Shown here: in pieces, positions 24,449 through 37,127 of the stretch | How positions within the stretch are numbered: position 1 is the first letter of the stretch | Layout of the letters: the number at the start of each line of letters is the position of its first letter | DNA from: Blepharisma stoltei ATCC 30299 | Lineage: Eukaryota > Protista > Ciliophora | Assembly: GCA_965603825.1 (NCBI GenBank) | Contig: CBFDEM010000047.1 | Span: 434,001-498,000, forward strand | Length of the DNA: 64,000 bases | Direction of reading: 5' to 3' | The notes under the pieces: generated by a model | The model's input: the letters and a program-made list of their open reading frames with translations, nothing else | What the model was told of the DNA's origin: nothing | Databases searched by the model: none | Translations under genes and position numbers: made by a program

Positions 24449-25891
24449 TTAAAACAGCTGGCAATTTTCAAGTTTGAAACTATAACTACAATCAGGAATG
24501 CTCCAAATTCCACAATATGGCTCTGCGGTTTTTGTTTCGACAATCATTGCAATATATTCTGTTTTTTGCATTTCTTTATACTCTTCAAAAACTAAATTGC
24601 TAAGCTTATCTCTTTTATTTTGAATTATAGCCTCATTATCAACATCTATCTCATTATCACTCACTCTCTTAGTCTCTTTGTAATGCTTTCTCTTTTTCTT
24701 CTTTTGTAAAATCTTTTGTTCTTTATTTTCAACAAATTGCTCTTCAATTAGTACCTTTTCTTCCTCCTTGCTATCGTTTTCTATCAACTTTTCAACCTCC
24801 CATTCTTTCTCTTCTTCATTTTCATTTTCATTTTCAGCTTTATCTTTACTTTTATTTCTGTTGTCATAAACTACCTCTTCCAAATCAAGATTTTCGCTAT
24901 GGGGGGTTTTGATTTTCTGTTTCTTTTTCATTTCTCTGCTATTTTTAGTGTTTTTTTCATCGATTGTTTGAATATTTACATCAAATGGAGAAATTGGACC
25001 TGAAGGGAATGTAGGAGGCCAAAATTGAGTTAAATTTGGAGCGGTTCCTCCATATTTCTGTTCAATTTGATTAGGATTGCAGTGAGTAAGTAAGGGCCTT
25101 GGTATTGAATCATTAAGCAGATTTACTTTTTGTATGGTACCTTCATCTAAAAATGGCTTTACAAGACCCCACATGAATACAGCAGTTGATGGAGGGTTTA
25201 CAATATAATTCACTCCTAGACGACATCTGAAATTCGGCTGCAAAATCTTTGATAGTTTGCTTAATGAAGATATAGGCAGTTTGGTCATGCCAAGATGTGC
25301 CATATCAGCAAGATTGACTCAATTTTCTACATGCTCAGGAAGCAAAACATTCTGCGTTACATATTCAAAGAAAAAGCATAAAAACCTTATATACACATCA
25401 TCAGGAACCTGTATAGATCTAACCTTTTTAAACTGAAATTTGGCACAGTTCATTATAAGAATTGGCCGGTAATAATGATCTCTGCCGTGCATATAAAATG
25501 CCCCAGTGTTCTATATGATATTTACAAGCAATTCTGCTACTTCTGGGTATAAAGCTAAGTATCCACGAGGAAATATCTGCTGTTTTCATTTCAAATGATT
25601 GAGCAACCCTTTCAGCGCTTTTCTTGTTTTTCAGCCAGTTCCATAGTAAAACCTGAGCATATCAGTTCTATCCCAATCACCAGGGATAATGATTCCTTGC
25701 TTTTTTACTTCTTCTTCAAGTCTTGCTAATTTTCTTATCTCAAGTTCAGTCAGGTCTTGCCCTTTGAAAACAAATCTCTGTATCTTTTTCCCTTTACCAG
25801 AAGTAGCAATATCTTTTCCAGGCTTAAAGAAATAAGATGATGGAGGTGGACGAACAACGTCTGGTATTATTTGTTCATTTTGGCCTTTCAT
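24449..25891 (-). CDS. CRAL-TRIO/Sec14-like lipid-binding protein
   Basis: GAFYMHGRDHYYRPILI, VEN[TGA=W], IVNPP, QIEQKYGG motifs; one tiny intron. Confidence 0.9.
25511..25525 (-). other. 15-nt intron
   Basis: GTAAATATCATATAG, A10, in-frame TAG. Confidence 0.9.
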
Positions 25892-26459
25892 TGTATTTTT
25901 TTGTTATATTGGAGAAATCATTATGAGAAATTAATGATAAAATGATTGATTCTATATCTCTCTATTTTTATTCTATACAGTCAGCTCTTTAAGTATAAAT
26001 TCAATATAACTCTTCTAAGCTTCCTATTAATTTTATATAGCCATTTATATTTTGACAACCTGAGAGACTAATTTCACAGGTTTTTTACCCTAAGTATTTC
26101 ATCAATAAATATATTTTCTTTATTAAGATCTGAAAAGACAACTATTAGAATAATGATAAAACTCAATAATGAGCCATACAATAGATTTTGGTACCAATGA
26201 ATTTTAAAATTATTTTTAAACAACCTAAGATATAGTATCAATAAAATATCTAAAAAGGTGATATGACTATTTCTGAAATCAATCAAAACTATAAATCACA
26301 AAAATGATATTGAGCTATTTATTATTGCATTTCAAATTGCAATTCTTTATAATCCTACGAAAGCTTTGTTATAAGAAATGATAAATTAATTAGAATATTT
26401 AAGATATTACAAATATCACTAAAAATTGCTATTTTTATTTATTTATTTATTTTTAAATT

Positions 26460-28262
26460 ATGCTATGCGTAATGGATCTTTTGCGATTTTTAGAGCACCC
26501 ATCATTTCTACTATTCAGACGATTTTCTCATGCAAATATTGATCGCTCTCTCAATAGACGTCGAAAGCTTCTGAAACAATCTCATTGATGAAAAAACTAT
26601 TCTCCGGAAAGCACTTCAACAGTAAAATGAACGACGCTTTCCCATCATGGTGTGATTTTCCCTCCTCCTTATAGTCCTCATAAAATTCCAATAATTTATG
26701 AAGGAAATCCTATTATACTTAAGCCTCATCAAGAAGAGGCAGCTACACTTTGAGCTTCTGTAATAGGAACCCAATGAGAAACCAAAGAAACTTTTCGAAA
26801 AAATTTCGAAAGATCATTTCTTGAAACATTGGGGAAAAGACACAAAATAAAGTCACTTGATAAATGCGATTTCTCTCAGATTGTGGAATATTTAGAAAAG
26901 GAAAAAGAAAATAAGAAAAATAGAACAGCTGAAGAAAAAAGAGCTGAAAAAGAAGAGAAACTAGCACTTTATAAGAAAAAAGGATATGCAGTAGTAGATG
27001 GGGTTAAAGAAAAAATACTGAATTTTGTTGTAGAACCTCCAGGATTGTTTAGAGGAAGAGGAGATCATCCAAAAGCGGGGCTAATTAAAAGAAGAATTAT
27101 GCCTGAAGATGTAACAATTAATATTGGAGAAGATAGCAAAATTCCTAAATGCCCTGTGAGAGGTCATAAGTGAGGAAATATTGTTCACAATCATACAGTT
27201 ACATGGCTTGCGTATTATAAAGATCCAATTTTGCCAAATAGTTTTAAATATGTATGGCTTGCTGCTACATCTAAAATGAAAGGACTTAATGATATGCTGA
27301 AATATGAAAAAGCAAGAAAACTTAAAGAATTTATCGATAAAGCTCGAGAAAGTTATTGATCTAAAATCAAATCAAGAATTTTACTCGATCGGCAATTAGG
27401 ATCTGCTTTATATTTAATAGATAAATTAGCATTGAGGGTGGGAAATGAAAAATCTAATGAAGAAGCTGATACTGTTGGATGCTGCTCACTTAGAGTTGAG
27501 CATATTAAATTTGAAGAAGATAACAAAATCACACTTGATTTTTTAGCGAAAGATTGTATGAGATATTATAACACAATACAAATTGATCCGGAAGTTTATA
27601 AGAACTTGCAAGATTTCACCAAAAATAAGGACCTTGATGATGATTTATTTGATTTAATTAGATCAAATACACTCAATGATTACTTGAAAAGTTTAATGGA
27701 AGGATTATCATCCAAAGTGTTTAGAACGTTTAATGCATCAATAAGGCTGCAGGAGCAATTAGCAATTTTCAATGAAAAAAATTTGCAATTGGAGGATAAA
27801 ATGCAATTTTTTATTAAAGCAAACAAAGAAGTAGCATTGCTATGCAATCACCAAAAAACAGTTCCAAAAAACTTTGATAATCAATTGGAAAGAATTAATT
27901 CACAAATTACAAAGAAAAAGAGCAAAATAGAAAACCTGGAAAACCATGCAAAAGAGTTGAGGAAGAAGAAAAGACTGGCAAAATCAGAAAATGTGAAAAA
28001 AAGAATTACAACAAATATTAAAAATACAAAGAAAATGATTGAGAAGGTAAAGGATGATATTGAGAAGTTGGAGACTAGAATAGAAATGAAAGAAGATACG
28101 AAAAATATTGCTTTAGAGACCTCGAAGATAAATTATATAGATCCGAGAATAGTAGTATCGTGATGCAAGAAAAATAAAGTTCCACTCGATAAAGTATATA
28201 GCAAGTCTCTTAAAGAAAAGTTTAAATGGGCAATGAACACAGAACCAGACTGGGTATTTTAA
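26460..28262 (+). CDS. TOP1: DNA topoisomerase IB, ~600 aa, short N-terminus
   Basis: EPPGLFRGRGDHPK, LRVGNEK, KVFRTFNAS, LCNHQ, SKINYIDPRI; 8 in-frame TGA, several at conserved Trp sites; ATG 26460 (alternative 26472); ends TAA. Confidence 0.95.
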
Positions 28263-28671
28263 TAATATATCTGATCTTATTATAAAAAAAATTAATAAAT
28301 ATAAGGCAAATTTTTTAATAATAAGCTACATAATGCTGAAAGATTTTAATAAATAAATGATTAATTTAGCTATGCAATCGATAAAAAGGAAATGACAATC
28401 TTCTGATGTTAAGTATTGAAATACTAAACAATCATAAAAATTGTGAAATATAATAATGAAATAAAAACAAAATGAGGCAATAGCAGCAACACTTTCAAAT
28501 TGAAAGCAAAACTAACAATAGTAAATTTTTTTTTATTAGATTATTATTTTCTTTAAAGCTTGAGCAAAATTGATAATTGCATTGGCTATCGCAGTCTATA
28601 TGCAATTAATATATTTCTGTCAAAAATTCCTTCCTAATAATTAATCTTCTACTCAATTTTACAAATAAATT

Positions 28672-31290
28672 ATGGACATAGGTAGGCCTTTAAAGCTTTG
28701 CAATATAAATAGTCCAACTGATGTAGAAATCACAACAGAAGCCATCCAATTCCTCCAATCTCTCATCAACCCTGTATCTGTAGTTTCAGTCATTGGATCT
28801 CCATGTATGGGAAAATCCTACTTAGCTAATCGGATTCTGAATAAAGATGAAGGCTTCCAAGTAGGAAATCCTCTTACTACGACAACCAAAGGTATCTGGG
28901 TTTGGTCTCAGCCTATAAAAATTACTCGAACAAATGAGCATGGGATAGAAACGGAAATCGATCTTTTAGTAATTGATTCTGAAGCCTTTTCAGATCGCGA
29001 TGACGGAAACCAAAAACTAGGCCAAGAGATATTTGCATTAGCTTCACTAATTTCATCAAAAATTGTGATGATTTCTAATAAGCCTATTAGCGAAAGTATA
29101 AATGATCTTGATGTCATTTTACATCTTGATGAAGCTATTCAAATAAGGTAGCTTTTACATAGAAAAAATGAAGAAACCAAGCAAGACATTACCCCTTATC
29201 TGCCTTCACTTTCGTGGATGATTGCAGGATCTCAGCTTAAAATTGAAGATGAGCCAGCTCAGTAATGAATATTTAGCTTATATTTAGAAAGAGAACTTGG
29301 AAAGCAAACAAACGAAAAAGAAGATGCAATCAGATCAAAGATATTAAAATACTTTAAAAATAGAGACTGCTTTATTTTGCCTCAAGCCTTGGAAAATCAA
29401 GACAATATCTCTGATTTTCAATTTTCTCAGCTAAACCCTGAATTTCAGACCCAAATGAATAGTTTTACAGATTATATCAAAAATTCAACAGAAATCAAAA
29501 AGATTGCTGGTAAAATCATCAATGGGCCAATTCTATGTAATATGGTCCAAGCTTATGCTCATAGATTTCAGAAAGGTGCCCCTGCTATCATTATTGGAGC
29601 ATTTGAAAGGGCAGTTGCTGCTGAATCTCGAAGAATTAAAGAAAAGCTGTTTATCCGCTATATCAATAAAATGAGTTTGATAGAAAGTGAGCTTCCATGT
29701 GATGAAGAGCACTTGTGGAAGGAGCATCAGACGACTCAAAAAGAGTTGATAAAAGAATTCGATCTGTTAATGCTAAGTGTTTTTGAGCAAGAAGAAGTCC
29801 AAGAAGAAAGAGGAAGCTTGATTGATAGAACTGATGGCTATTATGAGGACTTAAAATCTTCTAATTTGAAAGCAAGTGAAAATCGGTGCAGAGACTTATT
29901 TAAAGCTCTTTTTGATCCTGTAAGGCAAGAGGGATTAAAATATCTAGATGATGGAAGTGCAAATATAGGAGAACTAGAGCAAAAGTTTTTAAATGCAATT
30001 CAAAAATACCAAAATCAGGCCACCGGGCCAATGATGGAGTCTATTTTTGTGGAAGAAATCACATTTTTAGTCCCATTTATGTGTAGCTTACTCAGAGATA
30101 TATATAACCATTCAGAATTAAATCATGAGTCTTTAGAGAGGGAAATAAAAACTATCACTAGAAATTTGCATGAAAGCAAAGCTAATGAAAAAAGACTTAA
30201 AGATTTAATGGAAGAAAATAGCAAAAATTATGAAAAGCAGCTAGATCAGCGCGATAAACAAATTTCTGAAATTCAAGCAAGTGTAAACAACAGGATTTAT
30301 ATTGCAGAAAACAAGCTAAAAGCTCAGGAAAGAGAAAATAAAGGCTTAAAGTTAGAATTAGAGCAAGCTCAAAAAGAGAGAGAAATGATGATTGAAGCTG
30401 AAAGAGACATTTTCCAAAAAAAGAATGCAGATTTGGAAAGCAAGTTATCAAAAATGCAAGCTGATAATAGTAAATATGAAAAAATGCTAGATGAGCTAAG
30501 AGATGAACTTGAAAAGATAGTAGCTGAAAAAAATGAGCAAATCAATGATCTTTCAAGAAGAATTAAATTAATGGAAACCCAAGAAGTGACAAGCCCAAGA
30601 CAAGATGCTTCTATATTGAAATCATTCAAAGAATATTTAGAAGATATTTACAATAAATTCACTAAAGAGCAAAACGCTAACTCAAAATATCTAACTCAAC
30701 TTGAAAGAGTTGCTAACTTGCAAAATGAATTAAACCAATTAAGAATCAAAGAGCAAGAACAAAGGAACCAAATAATTGAAGAGTACGAAGAGAAATTAAG
30801 AACGATTAGACAAGAAAAAGAAGCAATAAACAAAAAATATAACGAGTTGTTAGAAAAGAGCAGCCAAGACCAAAGATCCACAATAGAGAGCACTTCAGCA
30901 CCTGATGTGGAAAAATTCAGTAAAATTAACAATGAAAGAGAAATTGAAATTAAAAGGCTGATGGAAGAGAAACTAGAACTTTCTAGTGAATTAGCTAAAA
31001 GAGAGCAACAGCTATCAGATCAGCAGGAGGTTGTAGAGGCACATAAGAAAACTTTGGAACAGATTCAAGCTGAAATTGATGACAAAGATAATTTAATAAA
31101 TAAGCTGAAGATTGAAAATGTGGAAGAAAAAGACGATAATGATATTTTGATTAATTTGATGGGGTTGACGCTGGAAATACAGCAAAGAAGAAGACATGTC
31201 CAGACGATACACTTAGGAAGAATTCAAAATCAAGATAATAGAATTAAAGTGGCAAAGATACTTAAGAAGTATGGAGTTCCTTATGAGTAA
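28672..31290 (+). CDS. Guanylate-binding protein (GBP/atlastin family) with long coiled-coil tail; degenerate GTPase motifs
   Basis: VSVIGSPCMGKSYLAN, TTKGIWVW, IDSEAF; two tiny introns join the ORFs. Confidence 0.85.
29148..29162 (+). other. 15-nt intron
   Basis: GTAGCTTTTACATAG, A10, in-frame TAG. Confidence 0.9.
29262..29276 (+). other. 15-nt intron
   Basis: GTAATGAATATTTAG, A10, in-frame TAA. Confidence 0.9.
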
Positions 31291-31533
31291 TTAATAGAAA
31301 ATTGCTGAAATTTAATATCATTTTTTTCCTTTTTATTGTTATAGAATTTGATGACAGACAAGTTCCAATTCTAAACGCCAATCATTCCTTTTTTAAGTGT
31401 ATTATTAAAAATTGCATAACGCGAAAAAATCTATTATTAGCAAAGATTAGGTCATAAAAACTGGAAATTAATTTTTATCATAAAGATAAGCTACCAGTAA
31501 TGATAAATAAATATGAGATTAAAATTCTCATAA

Positions 31534-32847
31534 ATGAATTTTGCTTTCTTTCTTTTTATTGCTACTCAAATCATTCAAAGGTCAGAAAGCAAAATGCTAA
31601 ATGTCACAATAAAATGCCCAGTTTTCAATTTAAGAAAGCGAATATCAATATTGCAAGATGGTTGATATTTGCCTTGGCTTAACTCGGACACAAAGACTTC
31701 AACCACAAAAATATTCACAGATCACAACTTCATTTATGATATCCTCAAACCTTATCTCCCAGAAAATGAATATTGCGACATTTGAGAGCCAGACCAGTTT
31801 AAAATGATGAATCCTTCAGCAATATGACTAAATGATAAACAAATGTTTTTGGCTGTTGCTAGAATCAATGTTAACAAAAATAAGAGTTTTTTATATTCAA
31901 GCTGATATGATTCTAATTGAAATGAAGTGATAACAGAAGATTTTGTAGGGAATACATCAGTACCTGGAATTTTGCCGATTGAGATTCCAAGTTTGTATTT
32001 ACTTAACGCAGGGCCTGAAGACCCAAGGATTTTTTGAGCTTTTAAGAATCAGCTATTTGTAGCATTTAATATGTATGATTATGATGAAAGGAGAAAAATG
32101 TGGGTTTATAATTTTAACACAACTGAATTTTATCCATTTTCTATCCTAGAGCATATGCTTAGAGGCTATTATGGGGAAAAAAATTGGACTCCACTTATTG
32201 TAGATGATGAGCATTTGTATTTTGTATATAATTATAAAGATTTTCAATTAATTGATTGTGCGGAAAAAGGAAAAAATTGTTTATGAATTAATGGAGTTTG
32301 GGATCGAGTCCCTGAAGGGTTGAAAGGTGGATCCCCATATATGCAATATAAAAATACTAGCTATTATGTAAATTTAGGCTATTCTCACGTATTTGTATCT
32401 CAAAACAACATTACCTGCGAAATATATCGCCCTTGTCTTACGTTAGTTAGAAAGAATGAGGATGCACCTTTTTTGGAATTAATATACACAAGTGAGCCAA
32501 TGGATTTCGCAAACCAATTGTTTTTAAAGCCATTAACAAGATATGCTTCTGTCGATGAAATAGATATTTGTGGAGATGCGAGAATTATGATGGCGCTGTC
32601 AATAGCGCGATGAGACTATGAAAATGATATTGTTGATATGACGATTAATATAAATGATACGATTCCACTAGCTTTAAAAGTGTCTGGCGTTGGCGATGTT
32701 ATAGACGAAGTAATTATGTGAGATGGTTTAGGAAAGCTCCCTAAAGAAAATAATTGTGCTGAAAGGTTGTTATTTTTAGAATTTGGCACAGTACAGCCTG
32801 CAAAACGCCAACTTAACAAAAGAAAGAGAAGGCCTCGTAATGACTAA
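31534..32847 (+). CDS. Bmt/GT91-like putative beta-mannosyltransferase, paralog 1 (437 aa)
   Basis: Hydrophobic N-terminus; GPEDPRI, EKNWTP, LKGGSP, CEIYRPCL motifs; open with TGA=Trp. Confidence 0.7.
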
Positions 32848-32941
32848 TAAAATTTATTGAAAATCTATATAGTTAACTTAAAGTATATTTTAAAACGGAA
32901 ATTAGATGGAATTTAAGTAAACATTAAAAAATTATTACACT

Positions 32942-34258
32942 ATGAAAATCAATCTTCTAATAGTTACTATACTTATTATAAGATGCCTATTAGCAGATAA
33001 ATCCCTACGAGTCGTGATCAGATGTCCTTATTTAGAGCTTCGACAGCGTTTATCAATAACCTCAAATGGTTGATATATACCTTGGCTTAATTCAGAAAAT
33101 TCATCTACTAGGAAAATATTTACCGACCATTACTTCATGTATAACTTTCTCAAACTTAATTTGCCAAATAATGAGTTTTGCAGTATAGAAGAGCCTGACC
33201 AATTTGCTACTATGAATCCTTCTGCTATGTGAATTGAAGAAAAAAAAATGTTCTTGGCTGTTGTGAGAATTAATATTAATAGAAATAAGAGTTTTTTATG
33301 AGCAAGTTGATATGACTCGGATTGAAAAGAAGTCATTACTGAAGAATTTATTGGAAATACGGCAGTGCCAGGAATAATACCAATTAAAATTCCAAATTTA
33401 TATCTTCTTAATGCTGGGCCAGAAGACCCACGAATTTTTCGAGCATTAGGGAATCAAGTTTTTGTTCTTTTTAACATGTTCGATTATGATGAAATGAGAA
33501 AAATGTGGATTTATAATTTTAATACAGCAGAATGCTACCCTCTTTCTATACGCTATCATAAAGAACAAGCTTATTTTTCAGAAAAGAATTGGACACCTTT
33601 TATTGTAGATGATGAGCACTTATATTTTATTTATAATTATAAAAATTTTCAAATAATTGACTGTACAGTAAAAGGAGAAAATTGTTCCTGAAAAAGTGGG
33701 GGGTACGAACGACTCCCTGAAGGGCTAAGAGGCGGATCTCCTTATCTCCAATATAAGAATACAAGCTATTATGTGAATTTAGGATACTCACATATTTTTT
33801 ATGTAAAAGACACAAATTGATGCCATCTCTACCGACCCTGCCTTACATTAGCTCAATATATTGACGAAGAGCCTAATTTTCGTCTGATTTACACAAGCGA
33901 GCCAATTGATTTTTCAAATAAATTATTTTTAAAGCCAATAACAAAATATTCAGAAATGAGTGAAGTAGGGATGTGTGGAGATGGGAGAATCATGATTCCA
34001 CTTTCAATAGCACGCTGAAACTATGAAGAGGATATAGCAGATATCACGGTTAGCATAAATGATACGATTCCTCTTGCTTTAAAAGTGTCAGGATTAGCTG
34101 AAATTGTTGATGAAGTAATTTTCTGATATGAGAAAGGGTCATTGCCTAAAGAAGAGAATTGCGCTGAGAGGTTGGCATACTGAGATGTAGGACTCACTCA
34201 GCCTCAAAAGCCAAGATTTAATGTGAGAAAAATAAAGCCTAATAGCGAAAAACCGTAG
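32942..34258 (+). CDS. Bmt/GT91-like putative beta-mannosyltransferase, paralog 2 (438 aa)
   Basis: GPEDPRI, EKNWTPF, LRGGSP, CHLYRPCL; colinear with paralog 1. Confidence 0.7.
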
Positions 34259-34295
34259 ATACACAATAATTAACTTTTTTACTCTAATCATTATT

Positions 34296-35621
34296 ATGAA
34301 ATATCAAGGTCTTTTAATAATAGCTGCATTTTTCATTGCATGCTTATTAGGAGAGCAAGAGTTTCGAATCGTTAATAAATGTCCAGTTTTTGGCTTAAAA
34401 GACCGCATTTTTATAGTAGAAAAAGGCTCATTTCTTCCATGGCTTTTTCCCAGCAGCTCATCCTATGCAAAATTATTTTCAGATACTGAATTTATTTATG
34501 ATTTTATTGTTCCTCATCTTAGAGAAGAAGAAAAATGCACCATTAAAGACTCTGACAAATTCAAAATGATGTTTCCTTCAGCTATTTGGTTACCTGAGAA
34601 AGAGATGTTTTTGACTATAGTAAGAATCAGTATAAACAGCAGAAAAAGTTTTTTATATGCAAGTCTATATGATTCAGATTGGAATGAAATATTTGCAGAG
34701 GAAATGATTGGTAGAACACTGGTCCCTGGAACTTTGTTTATTGATGGTCCAGAATGAGGCATGCAGAATCTTGGACCTGAAGATCCAAGGATTTTTAAAG
34801 TAAATGATAATGAAGTTTATGTGATTTTTAACATGCTGGACTATGATAACAAAAGGAAAATGTGATTATATAGCTTTTCAAGTGGCGCGTTTTATCCATT
34901 ATCATTAAGTATACATAAAGAGTTAAATTTTTATATAGAAAAAAATTGAACACCTATAATAATTGACGACGGGTGTATTTATTTTGTATATAATTACAAA
35001 AATTTTCAAATTATTGATTGCACTGATTTAACCAATCCATGCACACAGATTTCAGGAAAATATGATAAAACCCCCAGCGGACTAAGAGGAGGATCTCCAT
35101 ACATTCAATACCGCTCTACCGATTACTACATCTCTCTAGCATATACACACATAGAATTTTCCAAAGTAAATAACAGATGCCATATTTATCGTCCAAGTCT
35201 TACACTCGTAAAGGTATCCAAAAATCCTTTGCATTTTGAGCTGATTTACACAAGTGAGCCTTTGGATTTCCAAGGAAAATTATTTCTGGAACCTATAACA
35301 AATTATAAAAGTTTGGAAGATGTAGGTCTTTGTGGGGATGGTAGGATTATGATGGCTCTATCAATATCTAGGTGAAATTATGAAAAAGATGTCGTAGATA
35401 TTACATTTAGCTTAAACGACACAATTCCAGTTGCTGCGAAAGTTTCAGGATTGACTGAGCTGGTTGATGAGGTTATTTTCTGATATGAAAAGGAAAAATT
35501 GCCTAGAGAAGATAGATGTGCGGAAAGATTGGCGTATGTAAATTATGATGTTGACCAAACTAAAAGAAATAGAGATAAAGTGGAGGTTTTAGATGCGCAT
35601 TATGTTGCTGAGTGGAAATAA
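34296..35621 (+). CDS. Bmt/GT91-like putative beta-mannosyltransferase, paralog 3 (441 aa)
   Basis: GPEDPRI, EKN[TGA=W]TP, LRGGSP, CHIYRPSL. Confidence 0.7.
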
Positions 35622-35738
35622 TTAGGATTTTAGGGCTGCTTGCCAGGGTTTAGTACCTAATATTATTTAATTATTAGATTTGTTATATAATTACACTTTA
35701 AATTATCATAAAGCCTAAATCCATATTAATTTTGATAA

Positions 35739-36359
35739 ATGAGTCAATTGCCACCTCAACGCAACATTGGCCGATTTATGCCTCCTGTTCTTTCTCAATC
35801 GAGATCGCAGCTGCGTTTTAATCAGCCAAACTCCATAAGGATTGCAACATCTCAAACATCATCATTCTTACAAAACCCATTTTCTCAATGCACAAATGAT
35901 TTCTCAAACAGACCATTTCAGCAAGACGAAACGACATCGCTTTACAGTGAATCAACTTTAATGGCACCGCCAAACCAAATGGGTGAAAATTTAGGGACCT
36001 TTAAATCAGAACTTTGCGAATTTTTCAAACTTCTTGCTGAAACACACCAAAAAAATGCTGTTCAAGTTGCTGAAGCTTGGACAAATAATAAAAGGGCTGA
36101 AATTGTGCAGGGTAAAGAAGAGTTTAAGAAACTGGCTGAAGAAGCTGAAGAGAAAATTAAAGTTGTGGTAAGTGAAGTTGTGAAGAAAGAAATAATTGAT
36201 GATATGAAAGACAATATCAAAATTGCAAAGCAGAATATGAAAATTTTCAAATCAAACTTTCAAAGGGATATTAAGAAAATCCATGAAAAGTTAGAATTGA
36301 TGGGAAACAGAAAAAGAGCTTTTAAAAAAGAAACTGCAAAAGTAAACTGTAAAATATAA
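35739..36359 (+). CDS. Hypothetical protein (low-complexity N-terminus, coiled-coil C-terminus)
   Basis: 206-aa ATG-TAA ORF with coding-like composition. Confidence 0.7.
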   Translation: MSQLPPQRNIGRFMPPVLSQSRSQLRFNQPNSIRIATSQTSSFLQNPFSQCTNDFSNRPFQQDETTSLYSESTLMAPPNQMGENLGTFKSELCEFFKLLAETHQKNAVQVAEAWTNNKRAEIVQGKEEFKKLAEEAEEKIKVVVSEVVKKEIIDDMKDNIKIAKQNMKIFKSNFQRDIKKIHEKLELMGNRKRAFKKETAKVNCKI

Positions 36360-37127
36360 ATTTTGAGAGTAAATTTCCTGAATGGAAATTAAATAAAAAA
36401 TATTAAAAAATGATTTGTTTTAGTCAATATCATTATAAATAATTATTTTACTTTATATATCAGCATACTTCCTTACGAATTATCATTATATTATCAAAAT
36501 ACTCCATATTAAATTTCGAGAAGACCGGTAAGCATTATGACATTAGTCGCACAACAATAAACAACTGTTTTTTATAATAATCAGGTTAGCTATATTGGAT
36601 TTCGAACATTAATAGTGTAAAATAGACAATAATTAATAGTGAATAGCCGGATAATTAGCGACATTTATTTGTATAAAAATTTTGGAAATTATCAGATTTA
36701 TTAAAAAATCAGCTTTTCTAGCTTATTCTTTCATGTTTCTTTAAAATGGTCTTCTCCAGAAACTATTTTTAATTATACACTTTTCAAATTGCCCAAATTT
36801 TAATAATTCATAAATTCTTTCAAAATTTTGAATAGACCTTTGTGATTATTCAATCTCTCTAATCCTAAATAATTTTATTTATTATTAGGAAAAGATGCTA
36901 ATCTATTCGCATATTAAATTCTTTATGTACTATTCTGCTTAAAGTAATTAAAATAAATGACTGCGATTCAGTTTTTTTACTGAGAAGATAATTGAATCTA
37001 TGAAAGAATCTTCTAAAAAACTGTTTGAGAATCAAATATTAGTTTTTTATTGTAAAAACTTATTTCTTGCATATCATTTTCTAATAAGCATTTACCAGAA
37101 AAAATGACATAGGTAATAAATTCTAAA

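Noticed and set aside
26074-26286. Short hydrophobic intergenic ORFs (also 21889..22089)
   Set aside because: Non-ATG starts in very AT-rich DNA, no motifs
31500-31682. Listed 60-aa ORF
   Set aside because: Wrong frame; the real gene starts at 31534 by homology with its two paralogs
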